From positions 995 through 64,994 of the forward strand of contig CAYMOA010000002.1 in NCBI GenBank assembly GCA_964391935.1: DNA of 64,000 bases. The letters are read 5' to 3'. The translations under genes were made by a program, and so were the position numbers. Source of the DNA: an uncultured Candidatus Saccharibacteria bacterium (GTDB lineage: Bacteria; Patescibacteriota; Minisyncoccia; Phycocordibacterales; UBA5272). This document shows positions 30,181 to 38,978 of the stretch, in pieces (the stretch's first letter is position 1; every line of letters starts with the position of its first letter). Below the pieces are notes generated by a model, which saw only the letters and a list, made by a program, of their open reading frames with translations, was not told the origin of the DNA and made no database searches.

Positions 30181-30277
30181 TCTAGGCTTAAGTGTTTTGT
30201 ATCACCACTTATTAAAGAAAATACCCTTATTAAATAAGGGTATTTTCTTTGGCGGAAGACTATATACAACGTTCGGC
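30181..30277. repeat. Repeat R5 (outer left arm decayed; perfect inner palindrome at 30214-30250)
   Basis: TTGTATCACC...AAAGAAAATACCCTTATT-A-AATAAGGGTATTTTCTTT...GCGGAAG...ATACAACGTTCGGC. Confidence 0.88.
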
Positions 30278-30296
30278 AGAGTATTTTAATGAAAAA

Positions 30297-31001
30297 TTAA
30301 ACTTTATTTTTGAGTACAATTCCTCGCCCAGCATAATACTTTAAGAAGTCCAAAACTAACAATGTGTGCCCAACTTGTGTCTTTGTGCTGCGAAAACCAG
30401 ACGGATTATTTATGGTAATTGTATTTTCTTTTAAATTGTATCCAGTTACAACAACCAAATGTCCGCCTTTTTGATTTAATGGCGCAGTATCGTATCCACG
30501 GATGTTTGGATTTACAGATGCAATTATCAGATTCTCATTGCTAAGCGCATACTGTATTCCTTTAATATTTAACTTTGTGAAAACTTCTGCTTTCAGATTA
30601 TACTTATCGACCCAATTTGCAAACTCTCTATATTTCATATTTGAGATTATTTCTCCTTCAACTTCATATACACCATTCTTCAGTGCATCTTCTGCCAACA
30701 CTACTGGTTTTATTTTTTCGCCTTTATAAAAATCTAAAATCATAGATGTGCAAGCCATACCACACATTGTAAATGCCCATTTTTCATATTCTTCTTTTGA
30801 ACTTGCCCCAGTAACCTCCCAATTTAAATCGTCTATTGTTTTTAACTCTTTTCTTAAAATTGGCTCCGCGTTCTCTGGGATTGAGAATTGGCAAACATAT
30901 GGAACATTATTTTCTACTTTATTTTTAATAGCAGAAAAATTTGACTTAAGTTTATATAAAACATTTTTAGTTTCCTGATTAATCTTATTTAGAACTTTCA
31001 T
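30297..31001 (-). CDS. Cassette 5: C39-like cysteine peptidase
   Basis: VPYVCQ, CGMAC, GGHLVVVTGY and NNPS motifs. Confidence 0.8.
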   Translation of the reverse strand: MKVLNKINQETKNVLYKLKSNFSAIKNKVENNVPYVCQFSIPENAEPILRKELKTIDDLNWEVTGASSKEEYEKWAFTMCGMACTSMILDFYKGEKIKPVVLAEDALKNGVYEVEGEIISNMKYREFANWVDKYNLKAEVFTKLNIKGIQYALSNENLIIASVNPNIRGYDTAPLNQKGGHLVVVTGYNLKENTITINNPSGFRSTKTQVGHTLLVLDFLKYYAGRGIVLKNKV

Positions 31002-31040
31002 TTTCTTTATTATATTACAAAATGAGAATTAATTAATTCC

Positions 31041-31105
31041 AACAAAAAATACCCTTATTAAATAAGGATATTTTTCTTTGCGGAAGACTATATGCAATGT
31101 TCGGC
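31041..31105. repeat. Repeat R6 (inner hairpin plus right half only)
   Basis: aaaatacccttattaaataaggatattttt...GCGGAAGactatatgcaatGTTCGGC. Confidence 0.85.
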
Positions 31106-31133
31106 AAAGTATTTTAGATGAAAATATCTAATT

Positions 31134-31562
31134 TTAGTATTTCTTCAACCACTCACCCATCATTTTTATTTCTCCTTCTTGGGCAGAAATAATTTGATTA
31201 GCAAAAGTTTTTAATTCTGGACTAACAGTAGGGTCAGCTAGAAGCTTCTTTGCCATATCTACTGCCCCTTGATGATGAGGTATCATTCCGACTATAAACT
31301 CTTTTTCCAACGCTTTACCTGTTTTACCATCCATCATACCTACCATATCATTCATAGTCATATCCATCATACTTTCACCATTATTCATCATCATAGAACC
31401 ATCTGGCATTTTGTGCATATTGCCCATCATATTTCCACTCATTTTATTTCCACCCATCATATTTCCTTGATTGTGGAAAAAAATTGTATCCCAGTGCCAA
31501 GCATAAGTCACCAATAATATACCAGCCAAAACAATTGTTGTAATTTTATAATCTATTTTCAT
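31134..31562 (-). CDS. DUF305 (CopM-like) Met/His-rich metal-binding protein
   Basis: MIPHHQGAVDMA...IISAQEGEI..M..W motif; Met-rich linker. Confidence 0.88.
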   Translation of the reverse strand: MKIDYKITTIVLAGILLVTYAWHWDTIFFHNQGNMMGGNKMSGNMMGNMHKMPDGSMMMNNGESMMDMTMNDMVGMMDGKTGKALEKEFIVGMIPHHQGAVDMAKKLLADPTVSPELKTFANQIISAQEGEIKMMGEWLKKY

Positions 31563-31605
31563 AAGTTTTTTTAATTTGGATGTGATTTAATTATTTTTAT
31601 GTTCC

Positions 31606-32205
31606 TCACATTAAGAGCATAAAAGAAGCCATCGCAAACATAATTCCATTTTCCAGCAAAGTAATATTTGTCATCGGGAAGTTAAATACTGTTCCCAAAC
31701 AAACGCACTGTATTTCTTGTTTGTTTTTAATTGAAATATAGGCACTGTAAATACCTAGTCCTGCAAGTATGAAAGCAACAAAGTTTTGGAGAAAAAACAT
31801 AAATCCTGCAAGATACATTATACCCAACCCTATTTCAATAAAAGGATAAAGATATCCAAATCCTGACCATTTCTTTGTAATAACATCGTAAGTTTGGAAA
31901 CCTTCTGCGAAGCCTGTTAGGTCATAGAGTTTGAACAGTCCAAAAGTAATAAAGAAAATGCCCATAAAGTCCATCATTAGCATCATAAAATCTAGTCCAT
32001 AAACAAACTGTCTAATTAGTGAAAGAAATACAATTCCTGCAAACACATAAAAAAAGGGTAGCAATTTTTGTAAATCACTTCTGTTTTTCTTTTCTACTTT
32101 TAGAGAATGATGTACACAGAAATAATGTATTATATTTTTTAAATCGACTTCACTGTGAGTTGCAAACATACTACAAAGTTCACATTTTTGATTTAAGTTT
32201 TGCAT
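31606..32205 (-). CDS. MauE/DoxX-type membrane protein with N-terminal Cys/His motif
   Basis: FKLYDLTGFAEGF..YD, YPFIE and CVCLGT motifs; CELC...FCVHH; start reassigned to MQNLNQ. Confidence 0.78.
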   Translation of the reverse strand: MQNLNQKCELCSMFATHSEVDLKNIIHYFCVHHSLKVEKKNRSDLQKLLPFFYVFAGIVFLSLIRQFVYGLDFMMLMMDFMGIFFITFGLFKLYDLTGFAEGFQTYDVITKKWSGFGYLYPFIEIGLGIMYLAGFMFFLQNFVAFILAGLGIYSAYISIKNKQEIQCVCLGTVFNFPMTNITLLENGIMFAMASFMLLM

Positions 32206-32209
32206 AATT

Positions 32210-32707
32210 TTAATGCCCGTGTTCGGGTGTATTTTCCCCTTCAAGTGTTGTGTGCAAGTCAAAAGCCAAGTCTTTAATTACAAAGTTTGACAACAAAAGC
32301 AAAACTATAGAAAATACAAAAACAATAATCACATTTTTTGTATTTAATTTTAATTTGTCTTTCCAAAAATAAGTTAAATATGATACAAAAATACCAATGG
32401 AAAGTAAATATCCTGCATAAACTGGATTATCTAAATAGTGTTGTATTCCACCAGAAAGAAAGCCAGTCGCAAATGAAAGTCCTGTAAGAATAAACAGATA
32501 GTTTAAGTCTATTTTTTGACCATTCTGTTTTGCTTCTATTATGTTTCCAACAATCATTAAAACTAAACCAATTACACCTAAAATTATGTATCGTAGAAAA
32601 CCATTTTGCAATGTTCCAATGTGAACAACCGAACCAGCGATTAGCGCAACACCGAGATATTTTATAAGGTAAGTGAAATACTTTTTATTATCGTTTGAAA
32701 TTTGCAT
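32210..32707 (-). CDS. Membrane protein in the metal operon
   Basis: About 5 TMs, GSVVH and GGIQH, C-terminal HGH. Confidence 0.7.
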   Translation of the reverse strand: MQISNDNKKYFTYLIKYLGVALIAGSVVHIGTLQNGFLRYIILGVIGLVLMIVGNIIEAKQNGQKIDLNYLFILTGLSFATGFLSGGIQHYLDNPVYAGYLLSIGIFVSYLTYFWKDKLKLNTKNVIIVFVFSIVLLLLSNFVIKDLAFDLHTTLEGENTPEHGH

Positions 32708-32708
32708 A

Positions 32709-33044
32709 TTATTTTTCTAATTCTTTACCTAATTTATAAAAAAGCACAGCACCCAACCCCCAAGCAAATGGTAGCCAAAGTGGAATAGATAAAAAGTTGG
32801 AGTTGTTCCAAACCTGCACCCTATCTAGTCCAGTCAAACCAACTTCAATAAATAATCCCAAAAGGAAACTTATTGAATATAAATATGCTTCTACACCTCT
32901 ATTATTAGAGATTGAAAACAAAAAACTTGAAAACATCAATACTAGTAGAAGAGGGATATACTCATTGCCATGAAAAAGAACTTCTATTGCAAAAAAAATT
33001 ACAGGTAGGGATAGATATTTAAGAATTATTTTTGTATTTTTCAT
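32709..33044 (-). CDS. Small membrane protein (DUF2878-like)
   Basis: G.FIE...W......IPLWLPFAWG pattern. Confidence 0.6.
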   Translation of the reverse strand: MKNTKIILKYLSLPVIFFAIEVLFHGNEYIPLLLVLMFSSFLFSISNNRGVEAYLYSISFLLGLFIEVGLTGLDRVQVWNNSNFLSIPLWLPFAWGLGAVLFYKLGKELEK

Positions 33045-33045
33045 A

Positions 33046-33318
33046 CTATTTTCTTTTAAGTTTATATACCTTAATAATCTCTTTCTGCATTTCTTCCAAT
33101 CTATTTTTGTTTGTTTCTTTATGCAAACAATGTGCCAAATGACTTTCTAACATTTCATCTTCTAGACCAGAAATCGCACTTTTAATTGCAGAAGTTTGTG
33201 TGATGATGTCTATACAATACTTATCATCTAGTATCATCTTTTCAACTCCATTTAACTGCCCGGCAATTCGTTTGAGGCGAGTTAGTATTTTTTTGTTATC
33301 TTTGTTTATACCGTGCAT
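33046..33318 (-). CDS. csoR: CsoR/RcnR metal-sensing repressor
   Basis: RLKRIAGQLNGVEKMI...YCIDI..Q..AI and HLAHC motifs. Confidence 0.88.
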   Translation of the reverse strand: MHGINKDNKKILTRLKRIAGQLNGVEKMILDDKYCIDIITQTSAIKSAISGLEDEMLESHLAHCLHKETNKNRLEEMQKEIIKVYKLKRK

Positions 33319-33329
33319 AAAATGAGCCC

Positions 33330-33413
33330 TTACCTGCAACACTTAGTTACACAGTTTGTGCAAGAACAGTTTGAACACTTACAAGTTGGACAAGAACATT
33401 TTGAATTTTTCAT
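33330..33413 (-). CDS. Metallothionein-like 27-aa peptide MKNSKCSCPTCKCSNCSCTNCVTKCCR (not in the ORF track)
   Basis: ATG at 33413, TAA at 33330-33332; 9 Cys; first ORF after the CsoR-type promoter. Confidence 0.75.
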   Translation of the reverse strand: MKNSKCSCPTCKCSNCSCTNCVTKCCR

Positions 33414-33461
33414 ATATATTGTGAGTGGGAGTTTTTTATGGATTTCTACCACTAGGATTTT

Positions 33462-33490
33462 AGTATATACCCCCATAGGGTATATGTCAA
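33462..33490 (-). promoter_or_regulatory. Sigma70 promoter with a CsoR-type operator in the spacer
   Basis: TTGACA-17 nt-TATACT; ATATACCC-n5-GGGTATAT palindrome (33465-33485) with a G/C tract. Confidence 0.85.
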
Positions 33491-33511
33491 GTAATACAAA
33501 AACACCTTTTT

Positions 33512-33608
33512 GCCGAACTTACGCGTTTTGTATCACCTCTTGTAACAAAAAATACCCTTATTAAATAAGGATATTCTGTTTTGCGGAAGACCATATACAA
33601 TGTTCGGC
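33512..33608. repeat. Repeat R7 (97 nt)
   Basis: GCCGAACttacgcgttTTGTATCACC...hairpin...GCGGAAGaccatATACAAtGTTCGGC. Confidence 0.92.
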
Positions 33609-33657
33609 AGAGTATTTTAGAGGAGAAATTGATGTTTTATATAAATTAACTTGCTAA

Positions 33658-34443
33658 TCATATTTCTAAGCCTTTAACTTCTTCACTGTCTACAGAGTAA
33701 TCAAGTGAGAATGGAGTAAGGTCTCTCTCTTCTTTACTATTTGAAAAATAACGAATTGTAACTGCATAGGTATTTATGCAAACACTTTCTCTGAATAATT
33801 TAACCTTTTCGTCAGTTGTATCTGTTTCTAGGACACTTACGTCAATTTGTGGGATTTTTTTTTGAATATCAAAATAACCAGCTTCATTCAAACTAATTGA
33901 AAAGGTTTGATATATTTTCGGCCCTAATTCATATGTTTCAATGTATTTTTGTCGCCAAGCACCTCTCCAATATGATACATTTCCCCCGTTTTGAAATTTA
34001 TCCATTTCTTTAAAAGAATTTATACCTAGTTTAATGTCAGAATAAGGAATTATTGGGTTAAAATTTTTATCTCTTGTTGTGACTGAATATATTATAACTT
34101 TTCCATTAAGGTCTGTCTGAATGGCAACATAAAACAACTTATTTATGAAAATACAGTTCTTAACATTTTCAACTACATTTACAATTACTGGAGCACCTAG
34201 ATTTTCTATAAAAAAACCTATATCTATTCCAGGGCGAAGTTTATTTATTCTCTTTAGCCAGTATTTAGTTTTAAAAAATTTCTTGTAGACATATTCATAG
34301 GAAATACTGATTCCACCCAAACCTCCTAAAATGGTAAATACACCAAGAATTATAGCAAAAAAATAAAATGAATTTAAAAAATAAATTAAAGCTCCTAATT
34401 TGTAGTAGATTTTTATGAATATAAAAATGATAAAATCATACAT
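33658..34443 (-). CDS. Membrane-anchored hypothetical protein (possibly ETEC_3214-like domain)
   Basis: N-terminal TM; LGAP...YSVTTR..NFNP pattern; family assignment from recall only. Confidence 0.55.
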   Translation of the reverse strand: MYDFIIFIFIKIYYKLGALIYFLNSFYFFAIILGVFTILGGLGGISISYEYVYKKFFKTKYWLKRINKLRPGIDIGFFIENLGAPVIVNVVENVKNCIFINKLFYVAIQTDLNGKVIIYSVTTRDKNFNPIIPYSDIKLGINSFKEMDKFQNGGNVSYWRGAWRQKYIETYELGPKIYQTFSISLNEAGYFDIQKKIPQIDVSVLETDTTDEKVKLFRESVCINTYAVTIRYFSNSKEERDLTPFSLDYSVDSEEVKGLEI

Positions 34444-34446
34444 AAT

Positions 34447-34902
34447 TTAATTAAATTTACTTTCCCAAATTTTTACAACTTCCAGAGATTTTTCTTCCAG
34501 TTCTATATCTTGTATAATTTCAATAGGTTTCAAGAACATTTTATTAATTTGTTCTGTTGAGTAATCTCCACCATAGTAAAGATTGGAAAGTTTATCCTTG
34601 GAAAGTGCAAAAACTATTTTAGAAATTCCTGACCACATACAAGCATTTAGACACATTGCGCAAGTTTCCATACTTGCGTAAAGGGTTGCACCAGTTAAAT
34701 CTGAACTTTGTATGTTTTTACAAGCATTACGTATACATTGAAGTTCGCCGTGTGAAGTGGGGTCGTGTAATACATTTCCAATACTAATTCCTTCACCAAT
34801 TATTTTCCCGTCTTTTACAATTACAGTACCAGCAGGAAAACCACCCTCATTTACTGACTTTTGTGCTTGGTCTATTGCGATTTGTAAATAATTTTTTTCC
34901 AT
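34447..34902 (-). CDS. Zn-dependent nucleoside/guanine deaminase (CDA superfamily)
   Basis: DPTSHGE and TCAMC motifs. Confidence 0.88.
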   Translation of the reverse strand: MEKNYLQIAIDQAQKSVNEGGFPAGTVIVKDGKIIGEGISIGNVLHDPTSHGELQCIRNACKNIQSSDLTGATLYASMETCAMCLNACMWSGISKIVFALSKDKLSNLYYGGDYSTEQINKMFLKPIEIIQDIELEEKSLEVVKIWESKFN

Positions 34903-34933
34903 AACTATATTTTATCATTTTTACCTAACAAAA

Positions 34934-34947
34934 GGTATCTGGATACC
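34934..34947. promoter_or_regulatory. GGTATC-TG-GATACC palindrome, copy 1
   Basis: Identical to 36618 and 38203; just upstream of TTTACA-17-TATATT. Confidence 0.6.
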
Positions 34948-34988
34948 AAAGTTTTACAACTCCAACAACTTGAGATATATTTAAATAT

Positions 34989-35462
34989 ATGGAAACACAA
35001 ACACTTTCAGGAACAGAAAAAACCAAGTTTAACGCACTCACTCACGGCATTTTGAGTGAAAGTGTGTCTGACTATGAGAAAGCAGACTACGAGGCAATTT
35101 ACAAGGAATTTGAGGCAGATATAAAACCAAAAGGAATGACAGAAATAGCTCTTACTGAGATAGTAACTATGAGCTACATAAAGAGAAAAAGAATCAATAA
35201 GGCGGAAGTGGAACTTATCAAAGGAACACTAGACCCACTAAAGTTGAGAGAAGTTACGGAATACTCAAATCGTGAGAATCTGCCAGTAGACAAAATTGTA
35301 ATTCGCAATGAATATGTCAGTGGATACAAAACGGAACTAACAGCTGATGCAGTGCAAAGAATGGACTTGTATTCTAGATACGAAACATCTAATGATAACA
35401 GATTTTACAAAGCACTATTTATGATTCAAAAGTTAAGAGAAGGAAATAGTCCGACTGTATAA
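34989..35462 (+). CDS. MGE hypothetical protein with an NAL(T/K)HG motif (terminase-small-like)
   Basis: KFNALTHGI and RYE..N..FYKAL..IQKL patterns. Confidence 0.55.
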   Translation: METQTLSGTEKTKFNALTHGILSESVSDYEKADYEAIYKEFEADIKPKGMTEIALTEIVTMSYIKRKRINKAEVELIKGTLDPLKLREVTEYSNRENLPVDKIVIRNEYVSGYKTELTADAVQRMDLYSRYETSNDNRFYKALFMIQKLREGNSPTV

Positions 35463-35489
35463 TTCCGTTTCGCAAAATAACACTTTAAA

Positions 35490-36395
35490 TTACTTAGCTT
35501 TGTAAATCATCTCCCCATCAGACTCCACAGTCATAACTTTCCAGTTGTAATCTTCGTAAATTGCATTTGAATTTTCTTCACCAATATATTTAACAGTTAC
35601 ATCAAAATGAGTTTTAATCATAGCACCAAAACTATTTTGACTGTCTACACTTTGACTAACAACAAAGGTTTTACTATCAGTAGTTTTAGTTGATGGGTAA
35701 CCAAAATCTGCTGTGCTAGGAGCTTTCAAAGATTGTTTAATTAAGTTCTTTGAAATTCTCTCAACTGCTGTTTCTTTGCCACTTGCTAGAGGGTCAATTT
35801 TCTTAACAATTACTCCTGTAAATATATTTGAGTCTTTTAGAGCTTTAACATATTTCACTTCATAGTTTGGAGAATTATCTACCAGATTTAGTTGGTTCAA
35901 AATTATGTTTTTATCCTCAATACTATTTAAGTTGCTATGGTCATTTGCTGATGGTAAAAAGAAATCTATCACTGATTTAGATTTTAAATCATATGTCACA
36001 ATCATTTGTAATTTATCTTTTTCAAAAGTCATATCTGGGTTATCTCCATCATATGTATTCCCTTTGGGAATGTATTTAGATTTTGGCTGTCCAAATTTAG
36101 CCACTACATCATCAATACTTTTTCCCAATAAGTCAGAGATATCAAAAATAGCAGGAGTATTAACTTGTTCTTGTTGTCTTTTTTCTAAGTCTGCCACCTG
36201 TTGTCCTTTATCTTTTGCACTTGAGAAATTAGAAACAATTATTGAAAATAATATGAAGCCAATAAAGGTTGAAATTATCCAGTGTCTTCTAAACCAGTTT
36301 CTAATATCAGAATGACAGTGGGGACATTTAGTAGCACCAGCATCTACTTCTTTTTTACAGTAAGGACAAGTATTCAAACGTGTTTTTGTTTCCAT
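35490..36395 (-). CDS. Zinc-ribbon, single-TM surface protein
   Basis: CPYC..CPHC, one TM, LKAPSTADF and VDSQNSFGAM; start reassigned to METKTR. Confidence 0.7.
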   Translation of the reverse strand: METKTRLNTCPYCKKEVDAGATKCPHCHSDIRNWFRRHWIISTFIGFILFSIIVSNFSSAKDKGQQVADLEKRQQEQVNTPAIFDISDLLGKSIDDVVAKFGQPKSKYIPKGNTYDGDNPDMTFEKDKLQMIVTYDLKSKSVIDFFLPSANDHSNLNSIEDKNIILNQLNLVDNSPNYEVKYVKALKDSNIFTGVIVKKIDPLASGKETAVERISKNLIKQSLKAPSTADFGYPSTKTTDSKTFVVSQSVDSQNSFGAMIKTHFDVTVKYIGEENSNAIYEDYNWKVMTVESDGEMIYKAK

Positions 36396-36440
36396 ATTTA
36401 TTATATTATTTAAATAGCTAGGACTTTTTCTAATCAAAAA

Positions 36441-36543
36441 GCCCCTAACCAGTTTCTAGTAGTTGTCTACTACATAACCGTTTCCAGTTATGGCACACGT
36501 AATGCAAAAGACCTGATTAGGGGTTCTTTATTCATTACGTGTG
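36441..36543 (-). ncRNA. Candidate C4-like structured antisense/leader RNA
   Basis: Closing stem 36441-36452/36513-36524, two internal hairpins, 11-nt complement 36494-36504/36533-36543. Confidence 0.5.
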
Positions 36544-36617
36544 ACTTGAAACCGTATCTTGTATTCCTACACGACCTTAGGTTTATGGATATATTCTAGC
36601 ATTTTTCTTTCAAAGTT

Positions 36618-36669
36618 GGTATCTGGATACCAAAAAATAATTGACACGATATGGTGCGGGGAGTAAAAT
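36618..36669 (+). promoter_or_regulatory. CD-NTase promoter preceded by palindrome copy 2
   Basis: GGTATCTGGATACC at 36618-36631; TTGACA(36641)-17 nt-TAAAAT, 6 nt before the ATG. Confidence 0.7.
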
Positions 36670-36675
36670 TAAGGT

Positions 36676-37560
36676 ATGAGTATTTCAGAAGAGCAGATAA
36701 ATAATTGGGCAGAGCCGATTAGTGAGACAGAGGCGGAAAAATGTAGTAACGCAATTAGAATTATCGGGGAAACTATAAAGGAAAAGTTTGGTAATAGTGT
36801 TAAGATAATACACCAAGGTTCACATAAGAACCGAACTAATATCCGAGCAGATAGTGATGTTGATATTGCGGTTATTTATTTAGATGCGTATTTTTCTGAT
36901 ATCCAACACTTGGACAGTGTAAAACAAACGGATTACTGGAATAAACTGATTCCATCTGATTACAATTTTGCTCAGTTTAAGAATGATGTCCACCAAGTAT
37001 TAGTTGATAAATTTGGTTTGTTTGATGCGACAAGAAAAAATAAATGTGTAAGGGTCAATGGAAATTCCTATAGAGTCAATGCAGATGTTGTCCCAGCATT
37101 TGAATCAAAGCGATTCCATAATTCTGGCAATGTGTCACACACTGGAATTGGTTTTATAGCTGATAATACAGGAATACTAAAGCATAGTTTTCCTGAGCAT
37201 CATTATGAAAATGGTGTTAAGAAAAATGAAGAAACAGGGAACGCTTTTAAAGCGGTAGTTAGAATTTTAAAAAATTTGAGAAATGAGATGGAGGAAAAAA
37301 ACATAATTCCAAAGGGTTCCATTTCTTCATTTTTTCTAGAGAACTTAGCTTACAATGTTCCAAACAACTTCTTTCAGAATAAAACATACAAAGAAGATGT
37401 CCTCTCTGTAATGGGAAAAATTTGGGCAGATATGAGGGATGTAAATACTGGAAATAATTACACAGAAATTAGTCATTTGGCTTTCTTATTTGGTGATTCT
37501 AGTAGAACCACAAAACAAGCTGAAGATTTTATATTTAAAGCGTATAATTATTTGAAATAA
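36676..37560 (+). CDS. cGAS/DncV-like nucleotidyltransferase (CD-NTase, CdnE-like), CBASS synthase
   Basis: QGSHKNRTNIRADSDVDI, ADVVPA, FKAVVRILKNLR and SFFLENLAYNVPN motifs. Confidence 0.88.
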   Translation: MSISEEQINNWAEPISETEAEKCSNAIRIIGETIKEKFGNSVKIIHQGSHKNRTNIRADSDVDIAVIYLDAYFSDIQHLDSVKQTDYWNKLIPSDYNFAQFKNDVHQVLVDKFGLFDATRKNKCVRVNGNSYRVNADVVPAFESKRFHNSGNVSHTGIGFIADNTGILKHSFPEHHYENGVKKNEETGNAFKAVVRILKNLRNEMEEKNIIPKGSISSFFLENLAYNVPNNFFQNKTYKEDVLSVMGKIWADMRDVNTGNNYTEISHLAFLFGDSSRTTKQAEDFIFKAYNYLK

Positions 37561-37562
37561 AT

Positions 37563-38093
37563 ATGATACAAGAACTAAAATTGGAACAAAAAGTTGATAT
37601 TTTAATTTCTGCAATTGAAGAAAGATATAATGTATTGCATAAAATTAGAGAAAGAGTTCAAAGTGTAGGTTTATGGGCAATAGGACTGTCTTTATCTTCT
37701 GGTGGTTGGTTGATACAAAGTGGATTATCACTAACACCGTCCCAAAAGTTTTTTTATATATCTGGTATTTTATTGGCAACTTATTTTTTGAGACAAAACT
37801 ATCTTGAAGATTTGAGAAAAGGCTTTAAAGCTCAGCAATTAGTTACTGCAAAATTAGAAAAAGCCCTTGGACTTTTTGAAATTGGAATGTTTGATAACGA
37901 GAAAGAATCTATTTTCCCAAAATCTTGGGAACAGGCAGGTCAAAAAAATGGCGGTGGTAATTTTTTCAAAACTACTTTTTTACTTCTATACCTCGCTGTT
38001 TCATTTATGGCTTTATCTATCTATTTTGCCAAAGCACCAAATGAGGTTAATGTTGTAAGTGATAATGTTTTAAAATTTGAGGCTACAAAGTAA
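37563..38093 (+). CDS. Membrane protein with ~3 TMs, putative CBASS effector
   Basis: Starts 2 nt after the CD-NTase stop; three hydrophobic helices. Confidence 0.65.
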   Translation: MIQELKLEQKVDILISAIEERYNVLHKIRERVQSVGLWAIGLSLSSGGWLIQSGLSLTPSQKFFYISGILLATYFLRQNYLEDLRKGFKAQQLVTAKLEKALGLFEIGMFDNEKESIFPKSWEQAGQKNGGGNFFKTTFLLLYLAVSFMALSIYFAKAPNEVNVVSDNVLKFEATK

Positions 38094-38135
38094 AAATAAT
38101 CAGTTAATTTATGGGAGAACTCAGGATGTTTTGAA

Positions 38136-38948
38136 ATGATATACTTCAAACACAATCAAATGCTACACCATATGAAAGAGAAAATAAGTGAAATGACTAT
38201 TGGGTATCTGGATACCCTTGTAAAAAATAGAGATGAATGGATAAATTTTTCTGAATTTGAAGATGAATATATTGACTTGTTTAATGTATTAGAAAAAATT
38301 GGCATAAAACTAGAATTAAAAATGGTTGAAAATCCATACGAAGTTTTAATTGGAGTAAAAAAAGAAATGGAAAGAAATGTTTCTCCTTACAAAAATCGCA
38401 ACCAGATATTAGATACTAAAGTTGAAAAGGACGATTTAGAAGAAAGAGAGTTTAAAGCGGTTTCAAAAAAATTTAATCAAAAAGGTATTACAATGAATTT
38501 AATAAACAACTTAGTTTCCAAGTCACCAATCAATATAAATATTTTTGAAGTTAAAAAACTTACAGATTTACAGAAACGAAAAACAATAAGCTATTTGAGG
38601 GTAAACAAACTTACAAAAAATCAGACACCAAAACCAAGCTTGAATGGTGAGATAACTTTAACCGTAGATATAAAAAATATGTTAGTACAAAGAAATGATA
38701 ATGGAGCTGAATACAAATTTGTTAGCAAATCTGGAAAGTCTAAAAGGTTTGATTACTTCTGTAAAATTTTAAAAGATAAAAAAGTCCCAGCAGATAAATT
38801 TAAAAAATCCTTTCAACTTATAAGTGGTGAGATTAAAAAAATCAACGAAGCAATCTGTGAAAAACTGCATCTGACTGAATATATTATTCTAAATAAAATG
38901 AATTCTGGTTACGAAATAAATCCTGTATATAAAATCACTACGATATAG
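38136..38948 (+). CDS. Hypothetical protein, possible C-terminal winged helix
   Basis: C-terminal ISGEIKKINEAI...GYEIN pattern; start uncertain (38172 likely). Confidence 0.5.
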   Translation: MIYFKHNQMLHHMKEKISEMTIGYLDTLVKNRDEWINFSEFEDEYIDLFNVLEKIGIKLELKMVENPYEVLIGVKKEMERNVSPYKNRNQILDTKVEKDDLEEREFKAVSKKFNQKGITMNLINNLVSKSPININIFEVKKLTDLQKRKTISYLRVNKLTKNQTPKPSLNGEITLTVDIKNMLVQRNDNGAEYKFVSKSGKSKRFDYFCKILKDKKVPADKFKKSFQLISGEIKKINEAICEKLHLTEYIILNKMNSGYEINPVYKITTI

Positions 38949-38978
38949 TTGTAAAGCTAAAATATATTTATTTTTATA

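Noticed and set aside
33313-33564. 83-aa plus-strand ORF
   Set aside because: It is antisense to the Cys-rich peptide and runs through the promoter and R7.
25009-33608. Repeats as a CRISPR array
   Set aside because: Units are ~96 nt, intervals are 0.6-2.4 kb and gene-filled, and there are no cas genes in the window.
25009-33608. Classical integron or CALIN
   Set aside because: No IntI in the window; GCCGAAC/GTTCGGC breaks the RYYYAAC/GTTRRRY consensus at one position; the repeats match the LSR 3' end. A remote IntI cannot be excluded from this window alone.
26480-33608. Repeats as simple terminators or REP elements
   Set aside because: The inner stem may terminate transcription, but that does not explain the conserved outer boxes, CGGAAG core, fixed length or confinement to this island.
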